The notes beneath the pieces were generated by a model, which saw nothing but the letters and a program-made list of their open reading frames with translations, ran no database searches and had not been told where the DNA came from. Below are positions 1-9,621 of a DNA stretch of 61,638 nucleotides, one piece after another. Position 1 is the stretch's first letter. Every line of letters starts with the position of its first letter. Both the position numbers and the translations under genes were made by a program. Source of the DNA: an uncultured bacterium (lineage in GTDB: Bacteria; JAAXHH01). The stretch lies in assembly GCA_913051705.1 (NCBI GenBank), contig CAJXCW010000002.1:1-61638 (forward strand), given 5' to 3'.

Positions 1-630
1 CAGATGACTGAGTACAAAATAAAAATCTGTAACCCCCTGGTGGGTCAGGTATTGCCCCACATGCGGAATAAATGGACGATTGCCGTAGGCGATATTGACG
101 CGTCTTCGAATCCACCATAAGCAGATAAGGCCCGGACGGACGTTATATCGTTTGCGGACAGCATGCTCTCGAAGCCTGATTTCACCCGACCCGACCACTC
201 TCGGGCCGATAAACGACATATCTCATTTAAATATGTTTAATAAAGCCGGCAGTCGGTGGACATGCAACCACAGGATAAGACGCCCTATCCCATTGGGGCC
301 CAATGAAATCATATATTCATCAAACGGTTCTCTCCATCGGCCTAATCTTTTGACACGGATCATCGACCCGTCGATCATCTGGTCGATAAGATATAGCAGA
401 ATAAAAAAAGGGAATAACAAAACTTCAACGATAAACGATGATATCCACTCTAATATCCGTTTTCCGCTCGCTACCATTTGAACGAAGACCACCCAGCTTA
501 CACCCTAGATAAATCGGCGAAATTGCAATCGCCATAGTCTCCGTCTGGAAAATCGGCGATAAAGATCCTCTCGAGCCTGCTCGCTTGAAGAAGGCCGAAT
601 TATGCGGGGTGGGGTAGGTTTTGAAGCCAT
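1..630 (-). pseudogene. Degraded sugar transferase (Bac_transf/WcaJ-like), running in frame into a nucleotidyltransferase-like segment; truncated at window edge
   Basis: One frame from ATG 630 gives ...KRILE...RLPALLNIFK*DMSFIGPR...RYNVRPGLICLWWIRRR, then NRPFIPHVGQYLTHQGVTDFYFVLSHL. In-frame stops: TAG 505-507 and TGA 223-225 (the latter at the conserved Gly of GDMS). Confidence 0.7.
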
Positions 631-1029
631 CCGTCCATGTTGTGTCCTGCCAGGGCAGGAACCAGGTCCGTGAGGCTTGATTTAGGAGTAAGATGAGATT
701 GATCAGGTGCCACGCGCAATATATAATCTACTCTTCAAGTTCTATACCGTCAACGCTGAAATCTTATGATAACGTTTTAGGATATGAAGAGTAAATACTA
801 TAATATGGAGGATCTGGAATATCATTTTTGAAATAAATAGCTGATACCGATGATTATGGCATTTTATTCTTTGAATTTATTGAGTATCGTGTTATATATA
901 GGCATCCTGAAGGCCCAATAAAATATTTGACAAATTAACCCAAAATATTTTTTTTACCAAAGCATACAATAATTAGTATTATTCTAAGATTTACCTTGGC
1001 AAAAATAAAATAAAGTGAGGTCATATATC

Positions 1030-1629
1030 ATGTTGAAACGACGTACTTCTATTACCACCGGCACGGTTGCTGAACACTGTGAGGTGACCTACGAAACCGT
1101 AAAGAATTGGATCCGTCAGGATAAATTGCCTGCCTACGAAACCCCGGGAGGCCATCATCGTATCTTAATTCCGGAATTTAGTGAATTTTTGGAACGATAT
1201 GGCATGCCGGTTTACCAGGATCCATCGGCTCAGAAACCGAGAGTTCTTGTAGTAGATGATGATGAGACTTTAACCTCCACCATGGCGGACTATTTTACCA
1301 AAGTAGCAGGTTATGAATGTACCACCGCCTCGGATGGTTATGAGGCAGGCGTTAAGATTGTGGGCTTCGCACCGGACCTTGTTATTCTGGATTTGACTAT
1401 GCCGAATATGAACGGTTTTGAGGTTTGTGAGAAGATAAAGTCTGCTAAAGAAACAAATCACATTCTGGTATTAGCGATTACCGGCCATCCGGAAGATGGT
1501 AATACCGACAGTATTGTCGCTACCGGTGCAGACGAGGTGCTTGTCAAACCGTTCAAAATGAGTGTGTTGCAGGAGATTGTCGAAAAACTTTTCTCAAAGA
1601 AAATAACGCGCCGTCGTACTGCACGGTGA
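1030..1629 (+). CDS. Response regulator with N-terminal excisionase/MerR-type HTH and C-terminal receiver domain
   Basis: TTGTVAEHCEVTYETVKNWI...TPGGHHRI (HTH_17-like). REC motifs VVDDD, LDLTMP, AITG, VKPF. ATG 1030 preferred over GTG 1015. Confidence 0.85.
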   Translation: MLKRRTSITTGTVAEHCEVTYETVKNWIRQDKLPAYETPGGHHRILIPEFSEFLERYGMPVYQDPSAQKPRVLVVDDDETLTSTMADYFTKVAGYECTTASDGYEAGVKIVGFAPDLVILDLTMPNMNGFEVCEKIKSAKETNHILVLAITGHPEDGNTDSIVATGADEVLVKPFKMSVLQEIVEKLFSKKITRRRTAR

Positions 1630-1655
1630 CACATACTTTTAGACCACGTTGTGTG

Positions 1656-1692
1656 AAACCGGCTCCTGGCACTTGGCAGGGGCCGGTTTTTT
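1656..1692 (+). terminator. Intrinsic terminator after the response regulator
   Basis: aaaccggctcctg / caggggccggttt stem followed by a T run. Confidence 0.65.
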
Positions 1693-1702
1693 AGAGGGAA
1701 TA

Positions 1703-2713
1703 ATGGATAATATCGTTGTCCGTACCTGGCGCGGAGAGGTTATAGAAGGGGTCTTTCGGGCCCATATTGCTGTGGTGAATACAGAGGGTCGGTTATTATA
1801 TTCAGTCGGCGATCCATCCTATACAACGTACTGGCGTTCTTCTTCGAAACCGCTTCAGGCATTGCCCCTGATCGAATCAGGAGCGGCAGATGAGTATCAT
1901 TTTACAGAAGAAGAAATCGCGGTCACCTGTGCCTCGCATAGTGGGGAGGATTTTCATACGGATGCGGTCGGTTCCATCTTACATAAGGCCGGTCTGTCCG
2001 AAGATGATTTGCAATGCGGCGCCCATGAGATAGATAGATCCTTGCATCGCCGCGAACTGGCGCCTGAACAACCGCCGCAGCGTATTCATAGCAATTGTTC
2101 GGGCAAACATTCCGGTATGTTGACGACGAGCAAAAATATGGGATGGCCGACGGTCACCTATCGTGACCCCGAACACCCGCTGCAAAGACTGAACCGACAG
2201 AACGTAGCTGAGTTATCGGCCTATCCATCGGAGGACATCAGGATTGGCATTGATGGATGCGGGGTGCCGGTTTTCTCGATGCCGATACAGAACATGGCGC
2301 ACGCTTTTTCAAAGCTCGCAAAACCCGATGGGCTGTCTGATGAACGGGCGCAGGCCCTGTCGCGGCTTCGAGATGCCATGATGACCTATCCTCATATGAT
2401 CGCGGGCTCACGTAGGTTTGATTCCGATCTCATGCGTGAAGCGGACGGGACTGTGGTATGCAAAGGTGGGGCTGCTGCATTGCACTGTCTGGGATTACCG
2501 GATCAGGGTATCGGTATCGCGATTAAAATAGAGGATATGGATGCAAGTATTATTCCAGCTATAGCCATGGCCGTTCTGCGACAGTTGGATGGCCTGACAG
2601 AAGAGGTGGCCTCAAAGCTGGACGGCTATGCCAGCTTCCCCTCGGTGAAAAATACCCGGGACGAGGTGGTAGGCAAGATGGAAATAACTTTGAAGTTAGA
2701 CAAAGTATCTTAA
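1703..2713 (+). CDS. L-asparaginase II (Rhizobium AnsA-type)
   Basis: RSSSKPLQA, CASHSGE, NCSGKHSGM and DGCG motifs. RBS GAGGGA before ATG 1703. Confidence 0.88.
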   Translation: MDNIVVRTWRGEVIEGVFRAHIAVVNTEGRLLYSVGDPSYTTYWRSSSKPLQALPLIESGAADEYHFTEEEIAVTCASHSGEDFHTDAVGSILHKAGLSEDDLQCGAHEIDRSLHRRELAPEQPPQRIHSNCSGKHSGMLTTSKNMGWPTVTYRDPEHPLQRLNRQNVAELSAYPSEDIRIGIDGCGVPVFSMPIQNMAHAFSKLAKPDGLSDERAQALSRLRDAMMTYPHMIAGSRRFDSDLMREADGTVVCKGGAAALHCLGLPDQGIGIAIKIEDMDASIIPAIAMAVLRQLDGLTEEVASKLDGYASFPSVKNTRDEVVGKMEITLKLDKVS

Positions 2714-2716
2714 GGA

Positions 2717-2748
2717 CTGATGTTCCGCTGCTTGCAGCGGAACATCAG
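2717..2748. terminator. 14-bp hairpin between convergent genes
   Basis: ctgatgttccgctg-cttg-cagcggaacatcag, a perfect stem. Confidence 0.65.
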
Positions 2749-3641
2749 CGCGGGTGCTCTGTGGCAACAACGCTTTCCGGCTCCAGATACTGCTCCGGAT
2801 TAACACGCCGGTTATTAATACGTATTTCATAGTGTAAATGATAACCATTCGCCCGGCCAGTCATGCCTACCCGGCCGATAATATCCCCTCTGCTTATCTT
2901 CATGTCAGTATTTACTAGGATAGCGGAAAGATGACCAAATCGTGTCGTCATGCCGTTCTGATGGTCAATGTCAACAAACCGACCGTATCTGACGTCCAAA
3001 CCGGTTTGGATGATGATACCATCAGCAGTTGCCTTAACCGGCGCCCCCGACGGCGCCGCGATGTCAATGCCATTATGCATGCGATATAGATGGGTAAATG
3101 GATCTTTACGCAGACCAAATCGGCTGGTCATAACGCCGGTAACAGGAACTGTAGAAGGAACACCCCTCCAATAGATTTTTATTTCCCGCACCCGTTGCTC
3201 AATATCTTTAAGGCTGGTAATGGATAAATCGGTCTCCCGCTGAAGTGTACTTATCTCATCAGACAATTGTAGGGTACGTACATGGAGTGGCTTAAGATCA
3301 ACGGCTGATTTGAGGGGGCTTAAGGTTCCACCCACTCCCACTTTACGGACATCTGGATGAATCTCCTTGAGACCGGCGATAATCCGGGCATTCTCCTCGC
3401 GCACAATTAAAGTGCGCAGCTGATTCCCCATCCTTAGCTTATGAGACTCCAACTTGTCGAGTTCGGCCAGAATGTTTTGCCGTTCATGGGTCAAATAGTA
3501 CGATTTGATGGCCCAATACATCGGTATGGTGACCAGGCATAATCCGATCATAAATACGGGAATCCAAAACCATCTAATACGCCGGGTATGCCCTCGGAAG
3601 TGGGACACCAAAAGCCACGTTGTCTGAAATCTTTTATGCAA
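2745..3641 (-). CDS. M23 family metallopeptidase (TM segment, coiled coil, M23 domain)
   Basis: HNGID, HLS and YHLHYE zinc motifs; N-terminal hydrophobic segment. Confidence 0.9.
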   Translation of the reverse strand: MHKRFQTTWLLVSHFRGHTRRIRWFWIPVFMIGLCLVTIPMYWAIKSYYLTHERQNILAELDKLESHKLRMGNQLRTLIVREENARIIAGLKEIHPDVRKVGVGGTLSPLKSAVDLKPLHVRTLQLSDEISTLQRETDLSITSLKDIEQRVREIKIYWRGVPSTVPVTGVMTSRFGLRKDPFTHLYRMHNGIDIAAPSGAPVKATADGIIIQTGLDVRYGRFVDIDHQNGMTTRFGHLSAILVNTDMKISRGDIIGRVGMTGRANGYHLHYEIRINNRRVNPEQYLEPESVVATEHPR

Positions 3642-3865
3642 GCCTACTCCCTTAGATTTAATCTACTCTATAAAATAAGCAGATTATTTCAAAATGAAAT
3701 AAAATGAGAAAAACGAAAATAAAGAAATTGAATCGGATGTCAACCTGTTTTTACTGGCCAAAGCGTCCGAGGCAGCGGAGAGGGTGGCGTTCTATAAATA
3801 AAATTATCCCGAGAGGGCTCCCGACATAAAAATTATTCAAATAATATAAAACAGATGAAATATGA

Positions 3866-4786
3866 TTAATCTACGACACGCTGTTCGGGGAAAAAATAAG
3901 AAGTGGGATCGATAACCCGGTCATTCCGATAGACTTCATAGTGAAGATGGTATCCGCTGGCCCGCCCGGTGTTACCTACAAGGCCGATAATATCTCCACG
4001 CTTGAGCCGGGTATATCTTTTAATAGTAATTGCAGACAGGTGACCATATCTCGTTCTGTAACCGTTCTCATGATCTATTTCAACAAATCGGCCGTAATTC
4101 GCATCCACACCAGTATGTATTACTCTACCGTCTGCCGTCGCACGAACTTTTTCACCACGTCGTGCAGCAATATCCAGACCGGCATGCATACGACGTAAGC
4201 CGGTAAAAGGATCATCACGCATCCCGAACAGACTGGAAGTAGGTCCCTGAACGGGTCGCACAGCCGGAATATGACGCCAGTAATCTTTATCCTGCATTGC
4301 TTTCTCTTTAATTGCTCTCAAACTGGCTTGCTCAAGTTGTACTTCATGTAACAAACGGTCCAGATTATTATGAATTTGATTGGCAACAAACGAGGGTGAA
4401 TCGGATTCTTCCGACAGCATCGTCACCTCTTCAGAGCCGCCAACACCCAACTGACGTATGTCTGGATGAATGTCCGGTAAACCTACAATAGTACGGGTCT
4501 CCTGCTCCCGTAGAATTAAGGCCTCCATTTTATCCTGAAACGATTCGCTAAGATGATTTAAAGCCTGAAGGCGACTCGTTAATTGTATATTTTCACGTTC
4601 GAGATTAGCTAGCTTGCCTCCATCAAAAAAGGAGACCACATAGGTAGAACCAATGCTCCAGATGCCAAGAATAAACACAAAGGTCAGCAGAAGACCACAA
4701 CCAACAATGAGCGGACCGCCAAGCTCCTTGACATTGGAATGGCTGTGGGGAATAAGCACAAGCGTGAATCGCCTGCGTAAAGACAT
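3866..4786 (-). CDS. M23 family metallopeptidase, tandem paralog
   Basis: HAGLD, HLS, YHLHYE; same architecture as the neighbouring gene. Confidence 0.9.
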   Translation of the reverse strand: MSLRRRFTLVLIPHSHSNVKELGGPLIVGCGLLLTFVFILGIWSIGSTYVVSFFDGGKLANLERENIQLTSRLQALNHLSESFQDKMEALILREQETRTIVGLPDIHPDIRQLGVGGSEEVTMLSEESDSPSFVANQIHNNLDRLLHEVQLEQASLRAIKEKAMQDKDYWRHIPAVRPVQGPTSSLFGMRDDPFTGLRRMHAGLDIAARRGEKVRATADGRVIHTGVDANYGRFVEIDHENGYRTRYGHLSAITIKRYTRLKRGDIIGLVGNTGRASGYHLHYEVYRNDRVIDPTSYFFPEQRVVD

Positions 4787-4901
4787 ATTTTACTCCATTC
4801 AAAATTTAAAATAACACGATCTAATTGTGAGAAACCAACTCTCATAGTGCGACGAGGTAGACCGATTGGTACAGAGATAAACCGTGGGGAAAGATAAATA
4901 C

Positions 4902-4930
4902 AGGATATGTGGGCAGGGAAGGGCTGTCAA
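4902..4930 (-). promoter_or_regulatory. Sigma-70-type promoter for the M23 gene
   Basis: TTGACA-17 nt-TATCCT on the minus strand. Confidence 0.55.
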
Positions 4931-5038
4931 CATATTTTTCCCTTTTACGTATATATTTTTTAATCCATTGTGAAATAATAGACCGGACTATCTCTATATC
5001 ATCCTATCGAACATGACGTTACGGATTTTGTAATAAAA

Positions 5039-5068
5039 ATAAGCCCCAATAATAAAATCAGGGCTTAT
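5039..5068 (-). terminator. Probable terminator after the sigma factor gene
   Basis: ataagccc...gggcttat inverted repeat followed by a T run on the minus strand. Confidence 0.5.
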
Positions 5069-5097
5069 GATAGCATGTAGTTTTTAAAGATAAAATA

Positions 5098-5964
5098 TTA
5101 GTTCAAATATGCTCTAAGTCTTTGGCTGCGTGAAGTATGTCTGAGTCGTCGGATGGCTTTCTCTTTTATTTGCCGAACACGTTCGCGGGTCAGACCAAAA
5201 CGGGTTCCGATTTCTTCCAGGGTAAAGGAGTGATCCGAATCGATGCCGAAATACAGTGAAATGACCTCCGCTTCACGGTCCGTCAACGATCCGAGCGCTC
5301 TGGCAATTTCATCCCTTAACGAATCTTGCATTAAAGACTCATCCGGTGAATTCTGCATATCGTCTTCAATAATATCCAGAAGCCGCTTATCTTCGCCTGG
5401 TGTAAAAGGGGCGTCGAGGGAGAGATGACGACTTGATATTCGCAAGGTATCCGCTATTTCATGCGTACTCATGTCCAACTCTTGCGCAATCTCATCCGGG
5501 CTTGGTTCTCGTCCGAATTCCTGTTCCAGATCACTTGAAATACGGCCAATTTTGTGTAGTGTACCCACACGATTCAACGGAAGGCGAACGATACGTGACT
5601 GTTCCGCCAGGGCCTGTAGAATGGCCTGCCGAATCCACCAGACGGCATAAGAGATGAATTTGAATCCCTTTGTTTCATCGAATCTTTTAGCAGCTTTGAT
5701 AAGGCCGAGATTGCCTTCATTAATCAGGTCCGTCAGGTAGAGGCCCTGATTTTGATACTGTTTAGCCACACTTACTACAAATCGTAGGTTGGACTTGGTT
5801 AACTGCTCCAAAGCCGCTTGATTCCCTGCACGAACATTACGGGCCAACTCGATCTCTTCGTCTGCTTTTAACAGAGGAACACTTCCAATCTCTTGTAAAT
5901 ATTGATCCAGAGACTGTTCTTCACGCGAATGTGTTCTAACCGTGGTAGTACTCACGCTGTTCAT
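5098..5964 (-). CDS. rpoD: RNA polymerase sigma-70 factor, RpoD/SigA family, short form without region 1.1
   Basis: [59 protein letters not shown] before ATG 5964. Confidence 0.88.
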   Translation of the reverse strand: MNSVSTTTVRTHSREEQSLDQYLQEIGSVPLLKADEEIELARNVRAGNQAALEQLTKSNLRFVVSVAKQYQNQGLYLTDLINEGNLGLIKAAKRFDETKGFKFISYAVWWIRQAILQALAEQSRIVRLPLNRVGTLHKIGRISSDLEQEFGREPSPDEIAQELDMSTHEIADTLRISSRHLSLDAPFTPGEDKRLLDIIEDDMQNSPDESLMQDSLRDEIARALGSLTDREAEVISLYFGIDSDHSFTLEEIGTRFGLTRERVRQIKEKAIRRLRHTSRSQRLRAYLN

Positions 5965-6011
5965 CAACTCCTTAGAATGTATAAAACGATAACGTTCCCC
6001 CAAAAACGGTT

Positions 6012-6500
6012 CTACCTCAAGTTTTCTCGCAAAACTTGTGCCAACTCTTTAATCAGCGTTGTCCTGTTTGCAGTGGAAACTGCACGGCCGTGGATAGAGA
6101 TATCGGGATACTTTCGGGCTAAGCGACGCAATTCTACAACCGTCAGGGGCTCGAGATCCTCTATGGTATATGCCGGTGCTTCTTTTTCATCGCTATAAGA
6201 AGAGGACGTAGACGGATGATTTTTATTTTGTGCAGTGTAGTCAAAAATAGTACTCACCTCGTCATGTGGACGAGGAATAACATGCTGAGCCACTAATTCA
6301 CCTACCTGTTCGGCGGCCGCTGCACCTGCATCTACGGCCGCTTGTACAGCGGCCACATCACCGGTTATTGTAACCGTTACAAGAGCCGCATCTACACGTT
6401 CTGTTCCGAGTAAATGGACCTCCGCCGTCTTTACCGCAGCATCGGCAGCGGTAATCGCCCCTACTAATCCTCTGGTTTCAATCATACCCACTGCTGTCAT
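6012..6500 (-). CDS. BMC-H shell protein with C-terminal extension
   Basis: [22 protein letters not shown]...[10 protein letters not shown]...HVIPRPH, followed by a linker and a helical tail [13 protein letters not shown]...LIKEL. Confidence 0.9.
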   Translation of the reverse strand: MTAVGMIETRGLVGAITAADAAVKTAEVHLLGTERVDAALVTVTITGDVAAVQAAVDAGAAAAEQVGELVAQHVIPRPHDEVSTIFDYTAQNKNHPSTSSSYSDEKEAPAYTIEDLEPLTVVELRRLARKYPDISIHGRAVSTANRTTLIKELAQVLRENLR

Positions 6501-6513
6501 ATTTTATTCGACC

Positions 6514-6789
6514 TCAAGTCTGGGAAACGGGTAGAATCGCTTCTACATCAGAATGCGGCCTCGCAATGACATGGACGGAAATAACTTCACCAATTCGTTC
6601 GGCGGCCGCCGCGCCGGCATCTGTCGCCGCTTTAACAGCCCCTACATCACCCCGAACCAATACCGTCACATACCCACCGCCGATTTTTTCTTTACCGACC
6701 AGAGTTACTTTTGCAGCTTTTACCATCGCATCTGCTGCTTCTACAGAAGCCACCAATCCTCTGGTTTCAATCATACCTAACGCTTCCAA
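6514..6789 (-). CDS. BMC-H shell protein (EutM/PduA-like)
   Basis: [24 protein letters not shown]...[13 protein letters not shown]...HVIARPH. GAGGAGG RBS before a TTG start. Confidence 0.95.
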   Translation of the reverse strand: MEALGMIETRGLVASVEAADAMVKAAKVTLVGKEKIGGGYVTVLVRGDVGAVKAATDAGAAAAERIGEVISVHVIARPHSDVEAILPVSQT

Positions 6790-6844
6790 GATAACACCTC
6801 CTCATAACCCATAATATAAGTTAATTGCCCAAAGACGGCCAAAC

Positions 6845-6873
6845 AGTATATCGGGTACGTATATATTTGTCAA
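6845..6873 (-). promoter_or_regulatory. Near-consensus sigma-70 promoter for BMC-H/BMC-H/rpoD
   Basis: TTGACA-aatatatacgtacccga (17 nt)-TATACT on the minus strand. Confidence 0.7.
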
Positions 6874-6918
6874 CTATAATCTGATGCCGCCCATTCGGAT
6901 ACTCTCTGGTTCAGATCA

Positions 6919-8175
6919 TTACGACAGGGCGACCAAAGTGCCCGAATGATCGAAAGGTAAAGGCGATAAAGACGCCCTTACCTCAAGGTCATCCCGATCG
7001 GCTATTTCGTCCATAAGCGTTTCGGAAATAGCCACTTCACCGAGATGAAGCGTATTTTTTATCCTGACCGCCCGTCCGGATTCCGGGGCTTTCATCCCGA
7101 TCGTTGAGAATGCGGCTTCTATCACTTCGCGATCCGTATCAAAATAGACGGGGATACGCGCTTTTTGCGGTCCCATGCCGGTAATCGAATTAATATAGGT
7201 ATAGTGGTGGTTGATTTGATTAACCAACCGCTGGGTGGTAAAATCTGCCAGACCAACGCCGACGGCATTTCCTTCGCTTTCCGGAGTCAGGCCTCGTACG
7301 ACGATTCTTAATATTTGAGGTGAGACAGGTTCCGGTTCGAAATCCTGCATCCTGCGACCAATAATATTGGTATCCATACCCGTCCCGCTGATATTTTTAC
7401 CCATCTCATCTACAATAAGAACATCTATATCTTCAAACGGCAGCCGTGGCATAAGACGATTGGCTAATTGGAATAGTTCCCTTTCCTTTTGTTCCAGACC
7501 GTCTACCGGGACGCCTACAATATGTGCGGTCTGATCATAGGCATTCTCGATGATAGCCAGGCCGAATGCAACAGGTGTTTTTTTCATTACCACAGCAGAT
7601 ACCGTAGTAATCATATGTTCGAAGCCGTATTCGAAAACCGAGCCATGATAAAAACTGGCCCCTTTCTGCTTCCCCAGTCCTATCGCCATCATTTTCATCA
7701 ATCCACTGCCTATATCCCCCGCAAAATCCGTATGTGGTTTGATGCGGTTCACAATAACGATATGGTCTGCACTAAGGGCATTGCGATCGATATATACAGG
7801 TAACCCATCGCCCGTCTCACCGATGAGCTCCGGTTCGATATCAGACCGAATAGGGCAACTCATGGTCGCCTCGGAAATACCGTAGTTATTGAGGACACGT
7901 AACTGGCCGTCGGATGTGGCTCCGCCATGACTGCCCATAGCCGGGACAATAAATGGCTTCATGCCTTCATTATGCAAGGCGTCTACCGTATGTTTTATGA
8001 TAGTCGCTATATGCATGATGCCGCGGCTGCCTGCCGCCACAGCGACGGAAGCGCCCGAAGACATCCCGGCTTGATCAATCATCCGGGCGACTTCCGCTTC
8101 CGTTGTGATGCCGATATCTTCTACTACAGGCGCCTCGAATCGTTGATGAACCTGCACAAATTTTGGTAGTTTCAT
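6919..8175 (-). CDS. Lactate racemase (LarA/DUF2088)-superfamily protein
   Basis: GSRGI, PAMGSHGGAT, NRIKPHTDF, SGLMKMMAIGLGK, GKNISGTGMD motifs. Confidence 0.7.
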   Translation of the reverse strand: MKLPKFVQVHQRFEAPVVEDIGITTEAEVARMIDQAGMSSGASVAVAAGSRGIMHIATIIKHTVDALHNEGMKPFIVPAMGSHGGATSDGQLRVLNNYGISEATMSCPIRSDIEPELIGETGDGLPVYIDRNALSADHIVIVNRIKPHTDFAGDIGSGLMKMMAIGLGKQKGASFYHGSVFEYGFEHMITTVSAVVMKKTPVAFGLAIIENAYDQTAHIVGVPVDGLEQKERELFQLANRLMPRLPFEDIDVLIVDEMGKNISGTGMDTNIIGRRMQDFEPEPVSPQILRIVVRGLTPESEGNAVGVGLADFTTQRLVNQINHHYTYINSITGMGPQKARIPVYFDTDREVIEAAFSTIGMKAPESGRAVRIKNTLHLGEVAISETLMDEIADRDDLEVRASLSPLPFDHSGTLVALS

Positions 8176-8190
8176 AACCACACCCCTGTT

Positions 8191-8224
8191 ATAGTAGGCG
8201 CACGGCGCGCCATGCGCCTACTAT
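8191..8224. repeat. GTAG-type REP-like palindrome
   Basis: atagtaggcgca-N10-tgcgcctactat, perfect 12-bp arms between two genes. Confidence 0.6.
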
Positions 8225-9594
8225 TAGATCCCGCCAATGAATCGGCAGTTATTCAAGATCCCTTTAGGATCAAATTTATTTTTAAGCATCCGCATGATCG
8301 GCAAATCATCGCGAACAGGCCCCCAGACCTCTACGCGACTTTTCAAGGCCGCCGGCGCATGCTCAACGACTAGGGAGCCACCGCTTTCTACTGCTGCCTG
8401 TTGAAGGTCATTGATCATGCCGGCCAGGATGTCTAAATGGGGCTCTTCGAACGGAACTTCCTGATAAAAAACAAAGGACATATGCCCACTGCTGAAGTGA
8501 GCAAGCATGCCACACCCGATGGATGATTTCTGACAACGGTTTTCTGCCAGTTGATACAGGTTTCCGATCTGCTCCGGGGTAACGCTCGCGCGGCAGGTGA
8601 TGCCGGGCATCATATCACTTGAGACCACCTGCCCGGTTGGGAAAGACCGAAGTAATTTGAGCGCAATCTGATACCGTTCGTCTTCCATATGGACAATCTG
8701 GCCAGCGCCCATCTCTTGAAAAAGTCTTTCGCATGCCTCTACCTGCCATTTGACGGTTTCTTCCTGTCCCATAATGCCCGCAATAATTGGAAAGCCTGCA
8801 TCGATTGAATTCCCTCCGACCTGCCGGGATAGAAGGGCTATCAGTACGGGATTGGCTAATTCAATAAAGGTCGGCATCACATCGGATTCGAGCAATTTAA
8901 ATGCCGTGTCCATTACCGTGTAAATAGAAGGCAAAAGACCGATAATAATATGACCGATTTCCGGAAGAGGTTGCAGCTTGAGCGTGATTTCCGCCATGAT
9001 GCCCAGGGTGCCTAAAGAACCGATGTACATCTTATTCAGATCATATCCGGCAACATTCTTTACGACTTTACCCCCTGATTTTACTATAGTGCCGTCTGCC
9101 TGAACTACGCGCAACCCGATTACGATGTCACGGGCCGTACCGAAGGTCATGCGCAACAGGCCACTGGCGTTCGTAGCAAGTATTCCGCCTAATGTACATG
9201 TTTCTCCATGCGGCGGATCGAGCGGCCAGTATTGACCTTGTGAACCTAAGTGCGATTGAAGGTCCGACAGACGAATACCGGCTTGAACGGTGATCGCTTG
9301 ATCTGCTGGCTCATATTCAAGGACCTGGTTCATTCTATCAAGTTGAACGATAATATCTGCTCTGGTCGGCGGTAAACCGATATCCATCTTGGTACCACTG
9401 CCCCACGGAATAATTCCGTAATCGTACTCTGAAGCCAGTTGAACCACGGCGGCAAGAGACGCTATGCTGTCAGGGGATACAACCACCTCAGGTGTTATAC
9501 CATCAATGGCATATTGAGCCAGAGTATCCTCTCCAGCAGGATTATAATCGGTGATAATCTCTTTAAGGCGCTTATGTAGCACTTCGCTTGGCAT
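8224..9594 (-). CDS. glcE: FAD-binding oxidoreductase, GlcE-like
   Basis: PWGSGTK, PLDPP, GGKVVKNVAGYDL, GSLGTLG, KFDPKGILN; lies next to a glcD-like gene. Confidence 0.75.
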   Translation of the reverse strand: MPSEVLHKRLKEIITDYNPAGEDTLAQYAIDGITPEVVVSPDSIASLAAVVQLASEYDYGIIPWGSGTKMDIGLPPTRADIIVQLDRMNQVLEYEPADQAITVQAGIRLSDLQSHLGSQGQYWPLDPPHGETCTLGGILATNASGLLRMTFGTARDIVIGLRVVQADGTIVKSGGKVVKNVAGYDLNKMYIGSLGTLGIMAEITLKLQPLPEIGHIIIGLLPSIYTVMDTAFKLLESDVMPTFIELANPVLIALLSRQVGGNSIDAGFPIIAGIMGQEETVKWQVEACERLFQEMGAGQIVHMEDERYQIALKLLRSFPTGQVVSSDMMPGITCRASVTPEQIGNLYQLAENRCQKSSIGCGMLAHFSSGHMSFVFYQEVPFEEPHLDILAGMINDLQQAAVESGGSLVVEHAPAALKSRVEVWGPVRDDLPIMRMLKNKFDPKGILNNCRFIGGI

Positions 9595-9621
9595 GCAGAA
9601 TTCCTTATTTAATTTGCTCTT

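Noticed and set aside
223-225. TGA at a conserved Gly as evidence for genetic code 25 or selenocysteine recoding
   Set aside because: Many intact genes here end in TGA (e.g. topA, xerC, hslV), the same frame also has a TAG, and the position is Gly rather than Cys.
1030-1200. Prophage excisionase
   Set aside because: The HTH is fused to a receiver domain, and no phage genes are nearby.
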